From: an uncultured Chloroflexia bacterium
Lineage (GTDB): Bacteria > Chloroflexota > Limnocylindria > Limnocylindrales > CSP1-4
NCBI GenBank assembly: GCA_963713975.1
Contig: OY970218.1
Coordinates: 608,001-672,000, forward strand
Reading direction: 5' to 3'
DNA length: 64,000 bases
This document shows, piece after piece, positions 40,933 to 51,245 of the stretch (positions are counted from its first letter, which is position 1; the number at the start of each line of letters is the position of its first letter). Below the pieces are notes generated by a model that saw only the letters and a program-made list of their open reading frames with translations, was not told the origin of the DNA and ran no database searches. Made by a program: the position numbers and the translations under genes.

Positions 40933-41610
40933 TCAACGCGCGAGGCGGTAGCCGACGCCTCGCACCGTCTCGACGTAGTCGCCTCCGTCCGGTCGAGCGC
41001 CGAGCTTGCGCCGCAGGTTCCGCACATGGCTGTCGATCGTGCGGTCGGACTCTCCGTACACACCGCCCAGGATCTGCTCGGCGAGCTGGGTCCGGGAGAG
41101 CACGTGTCCGGGGTGGAGGGCCAGGGCCCGCAGCAGGTCGAACTCCGTGCGGGTGAGGCTCAGGACCGCAGTGCCGCGCCGGACCTCGCGCGCCGCATCG
41201 TCGACCTCGAGGTCGTACGAGCGCAGGGGCTCGGTCTCCCGCTGCGATGGAACGCTCCGTCGGAGCACCGCCCCCACGCGAGCGACAAGCTCTCGCGGCT
41301 CGAACGGCTTGGTCACGTAGTCGTCGGCGCCGAGCTCCAGGCCAGCGACCCGGTCCACGAGATCCACGCGAGCGCTCACGATGATCACCGGCACGTGGAT
41401 GCCCTCACCGCGGAGGGTGCGCAGGACGTCGAACCCGGAACCGCCGCCGAGCATCACGTCCAGGAGCATGAGATCGGGGCGATCCCTGCCGAGCTCGACG
41501 GCGCCGTCGGCCGTCGCGGCGATGTCGACCTCGTGGCCGTCGCGCCGGAGATACGCAGCAATGCCTTCCGCGATCACGCGTTCGTCATCGACGACGGCAA
41601 TCCGTGCCAT
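40933..41610 (-). CDS. OmpR-family response regulator
   Basis: VVDDE, LDVML, GADDYVTKPF, LTRTEFDLL, ETVRGVGY. Confidence 0.93.
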   Translation of the reverse strand: MARIAVVDDERVIAEGIAAYLRRDGHEVDIAATADGAVELGRDRPDLMLLDVMLGGGSGFDVLRTLRGEGIHVPVIIVSARVDLVDRVAGLELGADDYVTKPFEPRELVARVGAVLRRSVPSQRETEPLRSYDLEVDDAAREVRRGTAVLSLTRTEFDLLRALALHPGHVLSRTQLAEQILGGVYGESDRTIDSHVRNLRRKLGARPDGGDYVETVRGVGYRLAR

Positions 41611-41751
41611 GCGGTCAAGCCTGCGCCGGTACGGGAGTCTTCGCGATGTCCGGTCGGCCCGTAGTCGGCGCCATCCTGGGCCGGCGCACGACACCGGAGT
41701 CGAGCCCCCACGCTCGACGCCACGTGCGGGGGCGACCCGCCGGCAGCCACA

Positions 41752-43320
41752 TCATCGGTCGCCTGGACGCGCGGCCGGCAGCTCGACCCGGAACACGGCT
41801 CCACCCTCGGGCCGGCTGGCGGCGGAGACGCGGCCGTCGTGTGCCTCGACGAGGGCTCGCACGATGGCGAGACCCAGGCCCGAGTGACCGATCCCGCGAT
41901 CCTGCCTGGCATCGGCGCGGTAGAACCGGTCGAAGACGCGATCCGCGCTGTCGCCCAGGCCGGGTCCGTCGTCCTCGACATCGACGCGCACCCAGCCCGC
42001 CACGGTCGTCGTCCGGATCCGCACCTCCCCGCCCTCGGGAACGTGGCGGATCGCGTTATCGACGAGCGCGGCCAGGACCTGCCGGATCCGGTCCGGATCC
42101 CCGGTCACCACTGCGGGGCCCGTCGCTTCTGCGAGCAGCCGCTGTCCATTGAGCGCTGCACTCGCGGCGAGCGCGTCGACCGTGGATGCCGCGGCCTCCG
42201 CGACGTCGACATCGATCCGCTGGAGCGGCAGCTCTCGGACCTCGGCCAGGGCGATCGTGCGAAGGTCGTCGACGATGCGCGAGAGGAGGCGCGCCTCATC
42301 CTGGATCGTCTCGATGTGCCGTCGATCAAGCTCGTATGCCCCGTCGAGAATGGCGCTCGCCGTGGTGCGGATGGCGGTCACCGGTGTGCCGAGCTCGTGC
42401 GCGGCGTCCTGAAGGAACCCTCGGCGGGAAACGTCTGCCTGCTGCAGCGACTCCGCCATGGAGTCGAACGCCCGGGCGAGCTCGCCGATCTCGTCCCGCC
42501 GCGTGCCGATCCCGGTGCGACGCTCAAGGTCCCCGCCGGCGATCGCCGACGCTGTGCGCCCGAGATCACGCAGCGGCCGGATCAGCGCCTCCGCAAGGAC
42601 TAGCCCGATCGCGATCGCGAGGACCGCCGAGATCGCAGCCACGAGCACGAGGATCTCCGACGTCCTGCGCTCGACCTCCACCCACGCCGTGTCACCGATG
42701 GCCGGCGATGGGCTCGGAGCAGCAGGCGCAGCCGATGGCGCAGCCGTGATCGCTCCGGACATCGCCGGCGCCAGGGCCAGCCGCGCGATCGCCGGCTCAT
42801 CCCCACGGGACCCCTGGCCGGTCGATGGCTGGGACGAGCCGCCCGGCGCCGCGTCTCCCCCGGGCGACGCGCCCGGACCCGTGTTTCCGGAGGCGCGTGG
42901 GCCGTCAGACGGCCGCCCACTCCGGTTCGGTGACGGGGACGGCTTCGGGAACGGCTTGTTCGACGGTGTCGGTGAGACACCTGTGGTCGCCCGGGGCGTG
43001 GGACGGGGCGTCACGCCCGGGGAGGGAGCTCCCGGCGCAGCGGACTGCGTCGCCGGTCCCGGAGGCAACGTGCCACCCGGGGACGGAGGGCCAGGTGGAT
43101 GTGGTGATGTTCCGGGGGGAGCCTCGGTCGGCGAGCCGTCCTGGGCTCCGGGCCCTGCTGGCGAGGAGGAGGCAACCGGCAGGTCCGCCGTCGGCGCCGG
43201 CGTCGGCAGGACTGGCTCGAGCCCGTACCGGACGACCACCGGGGTGGCGAGCACGGTGACGAGGGCCGTCGTGATCGCCACCAGGGCGAACGACAGCCCG
43301 AGCCGAAGCCGAAGGCTCAT
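41752..43320 (-). CDS. HAMP sensor histidine kinase with a large Pro/Ser/Gly-rich extracellular region
   Basis: two TMs flanking ~190 aa of low-complexity sequence; HAMP DEIGELARAF, HELGTP, DNAIRH, GLGLAI. Confidence 0.88.
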   Translation of the reverse strand: MSLRLRLGLSFALVAITTALVTVLATPVVVRYGLEPVLPTPAPTADLPVASSSPAGPGAQDGSPTEAPPGTSPHPPGPPSPGGTLPPGPATQSAAPGAPSPGVTPRPTPRATTGVSPTPSNKPFPKPSPSPNRSGRPSDGPRASGNTGPGASPGGDAAPGGSSQPSTGQGSRGDEPAIARLALAPAMSGAITAAPSAAPAAPSPSPAIGDTAWVEVERRTSEILVLVAAISAVLAIAIGLVLAEALIRPLRDLGRTASAIAGGDLERRTGIGTRRDEIGELARAFDSMAESLQQADVSRRGFLQDAAHELGTPVTAIRTTASAILDGAYELDRRHIETIQDEARLLSRIVDDLRTIALAEVRELPLQRIDVDVAEAAASTVDALAASAALNGQRLLAEATGPAVVTGDPDRIRQVLAALVDNAIRHVPEGGEVRIRTTTVAGWVRVDVEDDGPGLGDSADRVFDRFYRADARQDRGIGHSGLGLAIVRALVEAHDGRVSAASRPEGGAVFRVELPAARPGDR

Positions 43321-43408
43321 TGCCGGACGTGGGAGCAGCTAGGCATGACGTCCGGTCGATGATCGGGAGGAGCGCCGGACACCGTCGATCCCATGCGTGA
43401 ACGCTATC

Positions 43409-43445
43409 GCGGGACGGCCGGCCCCGAAAGGTCCGACCGTCCCGT
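43409..43445 (-). terminator. strong GC hairpin (UUCG loop) downstream of the 43482-44072 gene
   Basis: minus strand ACGGGACGGTCGGACC-TTTCG-GGGCCGGCCGTCCCGC; no U-tract. Confidence 0.55.
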
Positions 43446-43481
43446 TGGAGGATCCCGGAGCGGGCCGACTACCCCGATCCG

Positions 43482-44072
43482 TCAACCTCCCTGACGCCCG
43501 TGGCCGCCGGGCTCGGGGCCGGGTGTGGCGGTCGGTCCCGCGCCGGCCTGGGCCTGGTTCTGCTCCCCGGCCTGTTCCCGGGTCTGCGTCTGCTCGCGGG
43601 CCGGGGCCTGCTTCGGTGTCGTGGCCGGGTCTCCGGTCTTGACCTTGGCCTGCGTTCGCGTCCGGGCCTGCGTCTGCGTGCCGGCCGACGTGCCAGCTTG
43701 AGTGCCGGCGGCGTCGCCCGACCCGTCGCGGTCCCGCTGCTGATCGCGGTCCTGGTCGCCGTCACAATCACCGTCGCACGCCTGGTCGCAGTCCTGGTCC
43801 CGGGCTTGATCCGGGTCCGTCGCCTGAACGCGGTCCTGGTCCTGTGCCAGGTCCGGGACCGGGATGACCGTCACTGGCTCGACGACGAGCGTGGCCCCGT
43901 CGTGCAGCTGGTCCTTGTCCTGCAGGTGGTCCTTGTCCGGCGTGCCGTCGCAGGAGATATCGCACGCGGGGGCGGCGCCCGGGACCCCGGTGCCCGCAAC
44001 CGCCACGAGGGCGCTTGCGCCGAGTAGCATCGCGGCGGCCGTGCCGGCGATTGCGGCCCTGGCTCTCATCAT
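43482..44072 (-). CDS. secreted low-complexity Gln/Asp/Cys-rich protein
   Basis: signal peptide; QDQDR/QTQ repeats; CDISCDG and CDQACDGDCDGD motifs; AGAGG RBS. Confidence 0.7.
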   Translation of the reverse strand: MMRARAAIAGTAAAMLLGASALVAVAGTGVPGAAPACDISCDGTPDKDHLQDKDQLHDGATLVVEPVTVIPVPDLAQDQDRVQATDPDQARDQDCDQACDGDCDGDQDRDQQRDRDGSGDAAGTQAGTSAGTQTQARTRTQAKVKTGDPATTPKQAPAREQTQTREQAGEQNQAQAGAGPTATPGPEPGGHGRQGG

Positions 44073-44174
44073 CTGTCACCTCTGGACTTCATCGGCGACC
44101 CCGGTCTCCACCGTCGGAGGCGTGTCGTCGATTGGACGATCCTTGCAGCCGGGCGTGCAGGGACCGCGCACGCG

Positions 44175-44194
44175 GTGTCGAGGTTGTGTCGAGG
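44175..44194. promoter_or_regulatory. perfect 9-bp direct repeat with 11-bp period, putative OmpR-type binding site
   Basis: gtgtcgagg-tt-gtgtcgagg about 100 bp upstream of the 44072 start. Confidence 0.55.
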
Positions 44195-44221
44195 AATCGG
44201 TGATCCGTGCGTCGCCGGAGG

Positions 44222-44770
44222 CTAGCGGTCCACTCGGAACGGGCCGCCGTGCCCGGGGATCACGATGTCGGCTGCCGCCAGGACGCGAGCGCGGTGGGTC
44301 TCGATCAGGGCCTGGTCCGCCCCGAGCGGGTCCACCTCAGGGGTCCGGTCCTCGCGCCACCAGAGGTGGGTCATGGCGTAGACGGCATCGTCCGCCTCCA
44401 CGACCAGCGTCGCGTCCTCCTCCGTGTGGCCCGGCGTCAGCCAGAGCTGGCTCCTCGGGGCCAGGCGGTAGCCATCGCCGTCGTGGTCAAGCCAGAGGTC
44501 GTCCTTGTAGCGGGCCCAGAAGTCCACGACCTCCGCGTTGGGGAAGAGGGCGATGTTGACGGTGTGGTCCGGGTGATGGTGCGAGAGGAAGACGTGAGTG
44601 ACGGCCTCCGGCGCGACGCCCAGCCCGACGAGGGGTTCAAGGATCAGCGACCGCCGGGCGACCATCCCCGGGTCGACGACGATGAGGGCATCCGCGTCGC
44701 GGACGAGGACGATGGATGAGCCCACGCGGTCGCCCGCGTAGCCGGCATGGAGCAGGTGCACGCTGGTCAT
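44222..44770 (-). CDS. MBL-fold metallo-hydrolase
   Basis: SHHHPDH motif, TPGHT, IPGHG. Confidence 0.88.
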   Translation of the reverse strand: MTSVHLLHAGYAGDRVGSSIVLVRDADALIVVDPGMVARRSLILEPLVGLGVAPEAVTHVFLSHHHPDHTVNIALFPNAEVVDFWARYKDDLWLDHDGDGYRLAPRSQLWLTPGHTEEDATLVVEADDAVYAMTHLWWREDRTPEVDPLGADQALIETHRARVLAAADIVIPGHGGPFRVDR

Positions 44771-44902
44771 GCGCGCAGGGTAAGGGCACGGGCGCCGAGC
44801 CGGCGATCGTCCCGCAGGCCGCGCCGACGCGGTCCACGAGACCCGGCGCAGCCCACGAAACCTGCCCCGCGGAACCGGCGACGGACTGTCATCCTGCGCG
44901 CC

Positions 44903-46552
44903 ATGCCGAACGATGCCCACGCCGACCTCGTGCTGACCGGGGGACGGATCTTCACCGCCGACGCCGCCAAGACCTGGGTGGAGGCCCTCGCCGTGCGGGG
45001 CAGCCGCATCGTCGCCCTCGGGGGCGACCGGGACGTGCGCCCGCTGACGGGCCCCGGGACGCGTGTCATCGAGCTGCGGGGCCGGACGGTGACCCCCGGC
45101 TTCGGCGACGCCCACGTGCACCCGCCGATGGCCGGCCTCGCCCGAATCCGCTGCGAGCTGCACGACAGGCGCGGCCTGGATCAGTACCTCGAGACGGTCG
45201 CGGCCTACGTCCGCAGCAACCCGGACGAGCCGTGGATCCTGGGCGGCGGCTGGACCCTGTCCGACTTCCCCGGCGGCCTGCCGCGCCGCGAGGACCTGGA
45301 CCGCGTCTGCCCGGATCGTCCCGTGTTCATGCCCAACCGCGACGGACACGACGCGTGGGTGAACTCGAAGGCGCTCGAGATCGCCGGGATCACCGCCGAC
45401 ACTCCGGACCCCGACGACGGCCGGATCGCCCGGGACCCCGACGGAGCGCCGCTGGGCACGCTCCACGAGGGTGCGATGAGCCTGGTGGATCGCCTCGTGC
45501 CGTCGGCCACGGCCGCCGACCTGCGGCGGGCGACCCTCGAGAGCCAGCGGTACCTGCACTCCCTGGGGATCACCAACTGGCAGGACGCGTGGGTCACCCC
45601 CGTCGAGGAGGAGGCCTACCGGGCCCTCGGCGACTCGGGCGAGCTGACTGCGCGCGTGGTCGGCGGCCTGTGGTGGGAACGCGAGCGGGGCATGGAGCAG
45701 ATCGAGGAGCTGGTCGAGCGCCGCGGGCGCGGACCGGCGGGCCGCTTCCGCCCGACCAGCGTGAAGCTGATGGTCGACGGGATCATCGAGAACCAGACGG
45801 CGTCGATGACCGAGCCGTACTTCGATATCCACGGCCACGCCACCGACAACCGTGGCATCGACTTCATCGATCCCGAGCTGCTCAAGGATGTTGTGGTCCG
45901 CCTGGACGCCCTCGGGTTCCAGCCGCACTTCCACGCCCTGGGCGACCGCGCGGTCCGGCAGGCGCTGGACGCCGTGGAGGCCGCCAGGATCGCCAACGGC
46001 TGGTCCGACACTCGGCCGCACCTCGCCCACCTCCAGGTGGTCCACCCGGACGACCTGCCCCGGTTCCGGAAGCTCGGCGCGCTCGCCAATGCGCAGCCCT
46101 ACTGGGCCGTGCTCGAGGACCAGATGGAGGAGCTGACCCTGCCGGTCCTGGGGCCGGTCGTCTCGGCGCGCCAGTACCCGTTCCGCTCGCTCCGGGCGAA
46201 CGGCGCCACGCTGGTCATGGGCTCCGACTGGAGCGTCTCCACGCCGGACCCGTTCCTGCAGATGGAGGTGGCGGTGAACCGGGTCTCCGATGAGGGCCGG
46301 GGGACCGCCGCGCCGTTCCTCCCCGAAGAGCGGCTGGAGCTCGTCGACATCCTCACCGCGGCCACCGCCGGCTCCGCCTATGCGAGCCACCTGGACGAGG
46401 CGGGCGTGCTGGCGGTGGGGCGCCTCGCCGACATCGCCATCCTGGACCGGGACCTGTTCGACTCGGCCGAGGGACCCATCGGCGAGACCCACGTGCTGGC
46501 GACCTTCGTCGAGGGCGTGGCCGTCCACGAGGCAGCGGGACTGGGGGCCTGA
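44903..46552 (+). CDS. amidohydrolase (Amidohydro_3, YtcJ/NfdA-like)
   Basis: PGFGDAHVH, VKLMVDG, HALGDRAV, AHLQ, GSDW, GRLAD. Confidence 0.9.
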   Translation: MPNDAHADLVLTGGRIFTADAAKTWVEALAVRGSRIVALGGDRDVRPLTGPGTRVIELRGRTVTPGFGDAHVHPPMAGLARIRCELHDRRGLDQYLETVAAYVRSNPDEPWILGGGWTLSDFPGGLPRREDLDRVCPDRPVFMPNRDGHDAWVNSKALEIAGITADTPDPDDGRIARDPDGAPLGTLHEGAMSLVDRLVPSATAADLRRATLESQRYLHSLGITNWQDAWVTPVEEEAYRALGDSGELTARVVGGLWWERERGMEQIEELVERRGRGPAGRFRPTSVKLMVDGIIENQTASMTEPYFDIHGHATDNRGIDFIDPELLKDVVVRLDALGFQPHFHALGDRAVRQALDAVEAARIANGWSDTRPHLAHLQVVHPDDLPRFRKLGALANAQPYWAVLEDQMEELTLPVLGPVVSARQYPFRSLRANGATLVMGSDWSVSTPDPFLQMEVAVNRVSDEGRGTAAPFLPEERLELVDILTAATAGSAYASHLDEAGVLAVGRLADIAILDRDLFDSAEGPIGETHVLATFVEGVAVHEAAGLGA

Positions 46553-46565
46553 GCCCTCCCGACAC

Positions 46566-48131
46566 TCAGCCCCCGCAGCAGGGCACGTCCGGGAAGGCGA
46601 AGACCTGCGCCCAGGTGCTGCCGTCATCGGCTCGATAGAGGGTCTGCGTCTCGTCCATGATGTCGCGGACGATCACCATGCCGCCGCCGTGGCCCGTGGC
46701 GTCGGCAGCCACCAGCTGGCGATCGCTCCCATCGACGACATCGAGGGACGTCCACGTCAGGCCCCCATCCTCGGTGGCCAGCAACGGGGACTCGACGCCC
46801 CACAGCCAGCCGGTGCCGTCGGCGCTGATGTCGAGGTGCATGCCCGTGCCCTCGTAGGGAGCGTAGCTGGGCTTCGCCCAGGTCCGTCCGCCGTCGGTCG
46901 ACCGATGCAGCTCCTTGAGCGCGATCCCGTCGGCCGCATCCCCCTCACACAGGACGACGACCGTGTCGCGATCGAGCCGGGCGACGTCCGTCGTGTTGAG
47001 CAGACCGCACGGGTGGCGGATCGTGCGCCACGTCTCGCCCCCGTCATCGGTCAGGGCGAGGTCTGGCTGCACGAACCCGGGCCTGGTCTCGGGCAACTCG
47101 GCCGACACCATCAGCGCCGCACCGAAGTCGCCCGAGAACGAGAGCGCCACTGGCCAGGCAACATCGACGTGCGCCCAGAGCCGCGAGTCGGCGTCGAAAC
47201 CGTAGAGGCCCGCGCGACAACCGTCGTGACCACCGTCGGGGCACGTGACCCCTGCCCAGGCCCCGCCGTTGCCGGTGACGGCCAGCGCCGTGATCGTCCC
47301 GAGACCCAGGCTCTCGGTCCGCCACGTCGCGCCGCTATCGGTGGTCTCCAGGATCACTGCATCGAACGGCTCCGTGCGCCAGGCGGTGAAGCCGTGCTGC
47401 GCATCGGAGAAGGCCGCACCCAAGGGGATCGCGACATCGGCTGGGGTCACCAGGTCGTCCGAGATGCTCCCGGCGAAGGTCGCCGGATCCACCGGTTCCG
47501 TGAACTGCAGCTCGACGGCGTAGATGAAGCCGATCGCATCGCAGGCCGGAGTGGGCGGAAGGTGCAGGCTCATGGTCCGGCCGTCGCCCGTCACGTCCAG
47601 CCGGCCCCGGTAGTCGCAGGCGCTGCCCACCCATGACGCCACGACCGACTGGTCGTCACTGCCAGGGCCGAACGCGAGCACGGACCCGCGTGGCAGGTCT
47701 CCGGACACGGGTCCTCCGGACCAGCTGCCGGCGCCGGTCAGGGTGTCCGACGATTCCGAGACGACCAGGTCCATGCCCGGCAGCCCGATCCCGGGCGCAT
47801 CGAGGTGGACGTCGAAGTACACCTGGGGCACGGCCGGCTGGGTGGTCGGCTCCGGCGTTTCGGAGGCGGCCGACGCGGGACTCGGTGGTGCTGATGCCAT
47901 CGGCGACGGCGACGGCCCTGGGCTTGCCACGATCCAGGCGAAGGCCGTCAACGCCAGCACGGCCGTTGCCAGCACCGCGGCGGCCGCCAGCCAGGGCGAC
48001 ACCCGCGGGGCCCGCGGCGGGCGCTCGTCCCGGATCGTGCGCATAGCGTTCGCCGCCAGCCCGGCGGGCGCGTCCGCCTCCCCCAGGTCCTCCAGGAAGG
48101 CATCGACCCTGTCCCTGTTCCGGGCGGTCAC
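46566..48131 (-). CDS. putative anti-sigma factor with extracellular BNR/Asp-box beta-propeller
   Basis: GTG overlapping the sigma stop; short cytoplasmic N-terminus, one TM, Pro linker, five (S/T)xDxGxTW-like boxes. Confidence 0.7.
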   Translation of the reverse strand: MTARNRDRVDAFLEDLGEADAPAGLAANAMRTIRDERPPRAPRVSPWLAAAAVLATAVLALTAFAWIVASPGPSPSPMASAPPSPASAASETPEPTTQPAVPQVYFDVHLDAPGIGLPGMDLVVSESSDTLTGAGSWSGGPVSGDLPRGSVLAFGPGSDDQSVVASWVGSACDYRGRLDVTGDGRTMSLHLPPTPACDAIGFIYAVELQFTEPVDPATFAGSISDDLVTPADVAIPLGAAFSDAQHGFTAWRTEPFDAVILETTDSGATWRTESLGLGTITALAVTGNGGAWAGVTCPDGGHDGCRAGLYGFDADSRLWAHVDVAWPVALSFSGDFGAALMVSAELPETRPGFVQPDLALTDDGGETWRTIRHPCGLLNTTDVARLDRDTVVVLCEGDAADGIALKELHRSTDGGRTWAKPSYAPYEGTGMHLDISADGTGWLWGVESPLLATEDGGLTWTSLDVVDGSDRQLVAADATGHGGGMVIVRDIMDETQTLYRADDGSTWAQVFAFPDVPCCGG

Positions 48132-48664
48132 GGCCGAATCCTCCCCACGTCCCGCCGCAGTGCCTCGAGCGCGGTGTTCAGGCGCGACTTCGCCGTCCCC
48201 TCCGGGATACCCAGCACCTCGCCGCATTCCCGGATCGAGAGCCCGGCCGCGTAGTGGAGGGCGATCACCTCGCGCTGCTCCTCGCCGAGTCGCCGGAATG
48301 GCGGGCCGACCACTGCACGCGCCTCGACCACTCCAAAGCCGTCCGCGGGATCGGCAACGTGATCGACCGTCATCGCGTCCATCGGGATCTCGCGTACCCG
48401 GCCGGATCCACGGACCGCCGACCGGCAGCGGTTGATCGCGATCCGGTGCAGCCAGGGCCCGAACGACCCCGGGTCCCTCAGCTTCGGCATTCCCCGCCAT
48501 GCGGCGACGAAGACCTCCTGGGCCAGATCCGGCGCGCCCGCGTCGCCGACGTAGGCCCGAGCGAGCCGGTAGACAGATGTCTGCTGCGCGGTCATTAGCG
48601 CCTCGAACGCGTCCATGTCGCCGAGCTGTGCCTGCCTGACGAGATCGGTCAACCTGCCCTCCAC
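48128..48664 (-). CDS. ECF RNA polymerase sigma factor
   Basis: GDMDAF, DLAQEVF..AW, WLHRIAIN, region 4 GLSIRECGEVLGIPEGTAKSRL. Confidence 0.92.
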   Translation of the reverse strand: MEGRLTDLVRQAQLGDMDAFEALMTAQQTSVYRLARAYVGDAGAPDLAQEVFVAAWRGMPKLRDPGSFGPWLHRIAINRCRSAVRGSGRVREIPMDAMTVDHVADPADGFGVVEARAVVGPPFRRLGEEQREVIALHYAAGLSIRECGEVLGIPEGTAKSRLNTALEALRRDVGRIRP

Positions 48665-48670
48665 AGGACC

Positions 48671-48696
48671 AGACGCGCGCGATCCCCGAACTGTTC
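48671..48696 (-). promoter_or_regulatory. ECF-type promoter (GAAC-N17-CGTC) directly upstream of the ECF sigma start; likely autoregulatory and leaderless
   Basis: minus strand gcGAAC-agttcggggatcgcgcg-CGTCT-ggtcct-GTG. Confidence 0.6.
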
Positions 48697-48711
48697 GCTC
48701 TCGGGGGTGAT

Positions 48712-49329
48712 CTATCGTCGGCCAAGGTCCTCCGGTGTGTCCACGTCGCGGAGCGTGTCCGCCCGGGGATCCACGGCGCGCCAGGCGGCAGACGGGACCA
48801 CGGCCGATCGCACCACCCCGAGGAGGCCCCGCAGGCTCCGTCGGTCATCCACGAGGAGAGCCGCGGCGGCCGGAGCCAAGAGCGCGGGGCGCACGGCTGC
48901 GGGCAGCATGGAGATCGGGTCAGTCTCCAGCCTGGCGACCCCCAGGGACCGGTCCGCGGCGAGGGTCGCCGCCAGCAGGCGGAGGACGTCCGGCACGAGG
49001 GCCGGCATGTCCCCGGCGATCACGAGCGCGACCTCGACGGGGGGCGCGTCTCCGGGCTGCGCGAGGGCGGCCAGCCCTGTGGCCAGCCCGGCGAGCGGGC
49101 CCTGGTGGGCCACGGCGTCGCGCGCGACCCGGACCTCGACGCCCGGGCCCTGGGTGGTCGGCGGCACTGGGTCCTCGGGCCCGATCACGACCACGACCAG
49201 GTCCGCGACACTCACCGCCGCCGCAAGCGCGTGGTCCAGCAACGGACGCCCGCCGAGGGGTGCTGCGAGCTTGTCGCTGCCGAAGCGCGACGACGCGCCA
49301 CCGGCGAGCACGATGGCCGCGGTCCTCAT
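48712..49329 (-). CDS. mobA: molybdenum cofactor guanylyltransferase
   Basis: VLAGGASSRFGSDK, GPLAGL, AGDMP, DVDTPEDL; overlaps the selB stop. Confidence 0.85.
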   Translation of the reverse strand: MRTAAIVLAGGASSRFGSDKLAAPLGGRPLLDHALAAAVSVADLVVVVIGPEDPVPPTTQGPGVEVRVARDAVAHQGPLAGLATGLAALAQPGDAPPVEVALVIAGDMPALVPDVLRLLAATLAADRSLGVARLETDPISMLPAAVRPALLAPAAAALLVDDRRSLRGLLGVVRSAVVPSAAWRAVDPRADTLRDVDTPEDLGRR

Positions 49330-51245
49330 GACGGACCCGTCCCCATGGTCGCGTCGGGGGCGGCCGCCCGGACGCGCATCCGCGCGGTCGCCTTCGGGCC
49401 AAGCACGTGGCCGGCGTCGGTCCGTCGCAGCAGTCCCCGCCGGTCCAGGTCCTCGAGGATCACGAGCACGAACCGGCGGCTGGTCCCGGTCGCGTCGCGG
49501 AACGCCGCCGGGGTCAGCGGCGACGCGGCAGCCATCACCAGTGCCTGCCTGACCAGCCCCCGATAGGTGTCTGCAGCCCAGGCCAGATCGTCCTCGAGCC
49601 GCACGATCCGGCCCGATGCCTCGAGCGCCTGGACGCCGGCGGGCGGGCACCCGGCCACGCGCGCCGCGTCTGCGAGGGACGGTGGCGCGGCGACGGACAG
49701 CGCGAGCTCCACGCGGTCCATGGCCGCAAGCGTCGCCGGCGGCAGACCGGCGGCGTGATTGGCATCGCGCACCAGGTCCCCGTCACGGGCCAGGGCTCCG
49801 CTGGTCACGAGATCGCCGAGGACCTGGCGGGCGATCTCGTCGGCGCCGACGCGGCTCAGCGTCACCAGGCGCCGCACCGCGAGGGCGAGCCCCTGGCGGA
49901 AGATGGCCGCGCCGATCCCGGGAGCGTCCGGGGCGCTCGCGTGGTGGTCCCCGACCGTGGCCATCGCCCAGGCCTCGAGCGCAGCCGCCACGTCCGGGGC
50001 AAGACTCCAGCGCGGACCCGACCGGATCGCGCCGTGCAGGTCCCGGCGGGCGTCCACATCGCCGATCGCCTCGGCCATCGCCGCGGTGCGCGCGGCCGTC
50101 ATCCGGCGGCGGGAGACGCCGCGCGGGGGCAAGGGGTCCAGGACGATCCCGCCACCTGCCGTCGAACCCGGTGACGGTCTCCGCAGCGCAAGCCGGTCGC
50201 CCGCGGCGGCCGCGATCGGCGTGTCCAGGCGCAGGATGCCCAGGCGCGAACCGTCCGGCAGGTCGATCGCCTCGCGTGGGCCACGCACGACGAGCGCCGC
50301 GGCCTGCTCCGTTCCCAGGTGCAGGCGGAGCCGATCCCGGTCAGCGGGACCTCCCGCCGTTCCCGCCTTACCGCCCGCCACGCCCGCCGGTCCTCGCAGG
50401 CCCGCCGGCGGTCGCATCGCCACCAGCAACCGCGACGTCGCCACGACCGACGGGTCGGCGGTCAGGACCTGGCCACGTCGCAGGACCCCGGGCTCGACGC
50501 CGCCGACGAGGAGCGCCGTCCGACCGCCATCGGCGCCTTCGAGGGTCACGCCCCGTTCCTGCACCTCCCGGACGCGGACCTCGTGGCCCTCCGGGAGCAG
50601 CCGGAGCACATCGCCGGCCGCGACGCTGCCACCGCGCAGGCTGCCGGTGACGACGGTCCCCCGTCCCTTGACCGCGAACACCCGGTCGATCGCCAGCCGT
50701 GCCATGCCGCCGCCGGCACCAGCCCCCCTTGCGGACGCGGAGCCACCCAGCGCCGCCAGCGCGGCGCGCAGCGCATCGATCCCGAGGCCCGATCGCGCGC
50801 TCACGGCCACGACCGGGGACCCGCCAAGGCTGGTCCGGCCCAGGAGGACGCAGACCAGGGCCGCGACCTCATCGACACGCGCCTCGTCGACCAGATCCGC
50901 CTTCGTGACCGCGGCGATCCCGAGCTCGATCCCGAGCGCGTCCAGCAGCTCGAGATGCTCCAGCGTCTGGGCATTCGGCCCATCGTCGGCGGCCACGACC
51001 AGCAGCGCAGCATCGATCTCGCCCGCGCCGACCAGCATGTTGCCCACCAGCCGGTCGTGCCCGGGCACGTCCACGAAGTCCAGGACGGACCCGTCGGGCA
51101 GCGTGAGGTGGGCATACCCGACGTCGATCGTCATGCCCCGGCGCTTCTCCTCGGGGAGACGGTCCGCGTCGATCCCAGTCAGCGCGCGCAGGAGCGTGGT
51201 CTTGCCGTGGTCGATGTGGCCGGCCGTGCCGACGACGACGCTCAT
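49326..51245 (-). CDS. selB: selenocysteine-specific elongation factor
   Basis: [52 protein letters not shown]; C-terminal winged helix [10 protein letters not shown]. Confidence 0.95.
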   Translation of the reverse strand: MSVVVGTAGHIDHGKTTLLRALTGIDADRLPEEKRRGMTIDVGYAHLTLPDGSVLDFVDVPGHDRLVGNMLVGAGEIDAALLVVAADDGPNAQTLEHLELLDALGIELGIAAVTKADLVDEARVDEVAALVCVLLGRTSLGGSPVVAVSARSGLGIDALRAALAALGGSASARGAGAGGGMARLAIDRVFAVKGRGTVVTGSLRGGSVAAGDVLRLLPEGHEVRVREVQERGVTLEGADGGRTALLVGGVEPGVLRRGQVLTADPSVVATSRLLVAMRPPAGLRGPAGVAGGKAGTAGGPADRDRLRLHLGTEQAAALVVRGPREAIDLPDGSRLGILRLDTPIAAAAGDRLALRRPSPGSTAGGGIVLDPLPPRGVSRRRMTAARTAAMAEAIGDVDARRDLHGAIRSGPRWSLAPDVAAALEAWAMATVGDHHASAPDAPGIGAAIFRQGLALAVRRLVTLSRVGADEIARQVLGDLVTSGALARDGDLVRDANHAAGLPPATLAAMDRVELALSVAAPPSLADAARVAGCPPAGVQALEASGRIVRLEDDLAWAADTYRGLVRQALVMAAASPLTPAAFRDATGTSRRFVLVILEDLDRRGLLRRTDAGHVLGPKATARMRVRAAAPDATMGTGPS

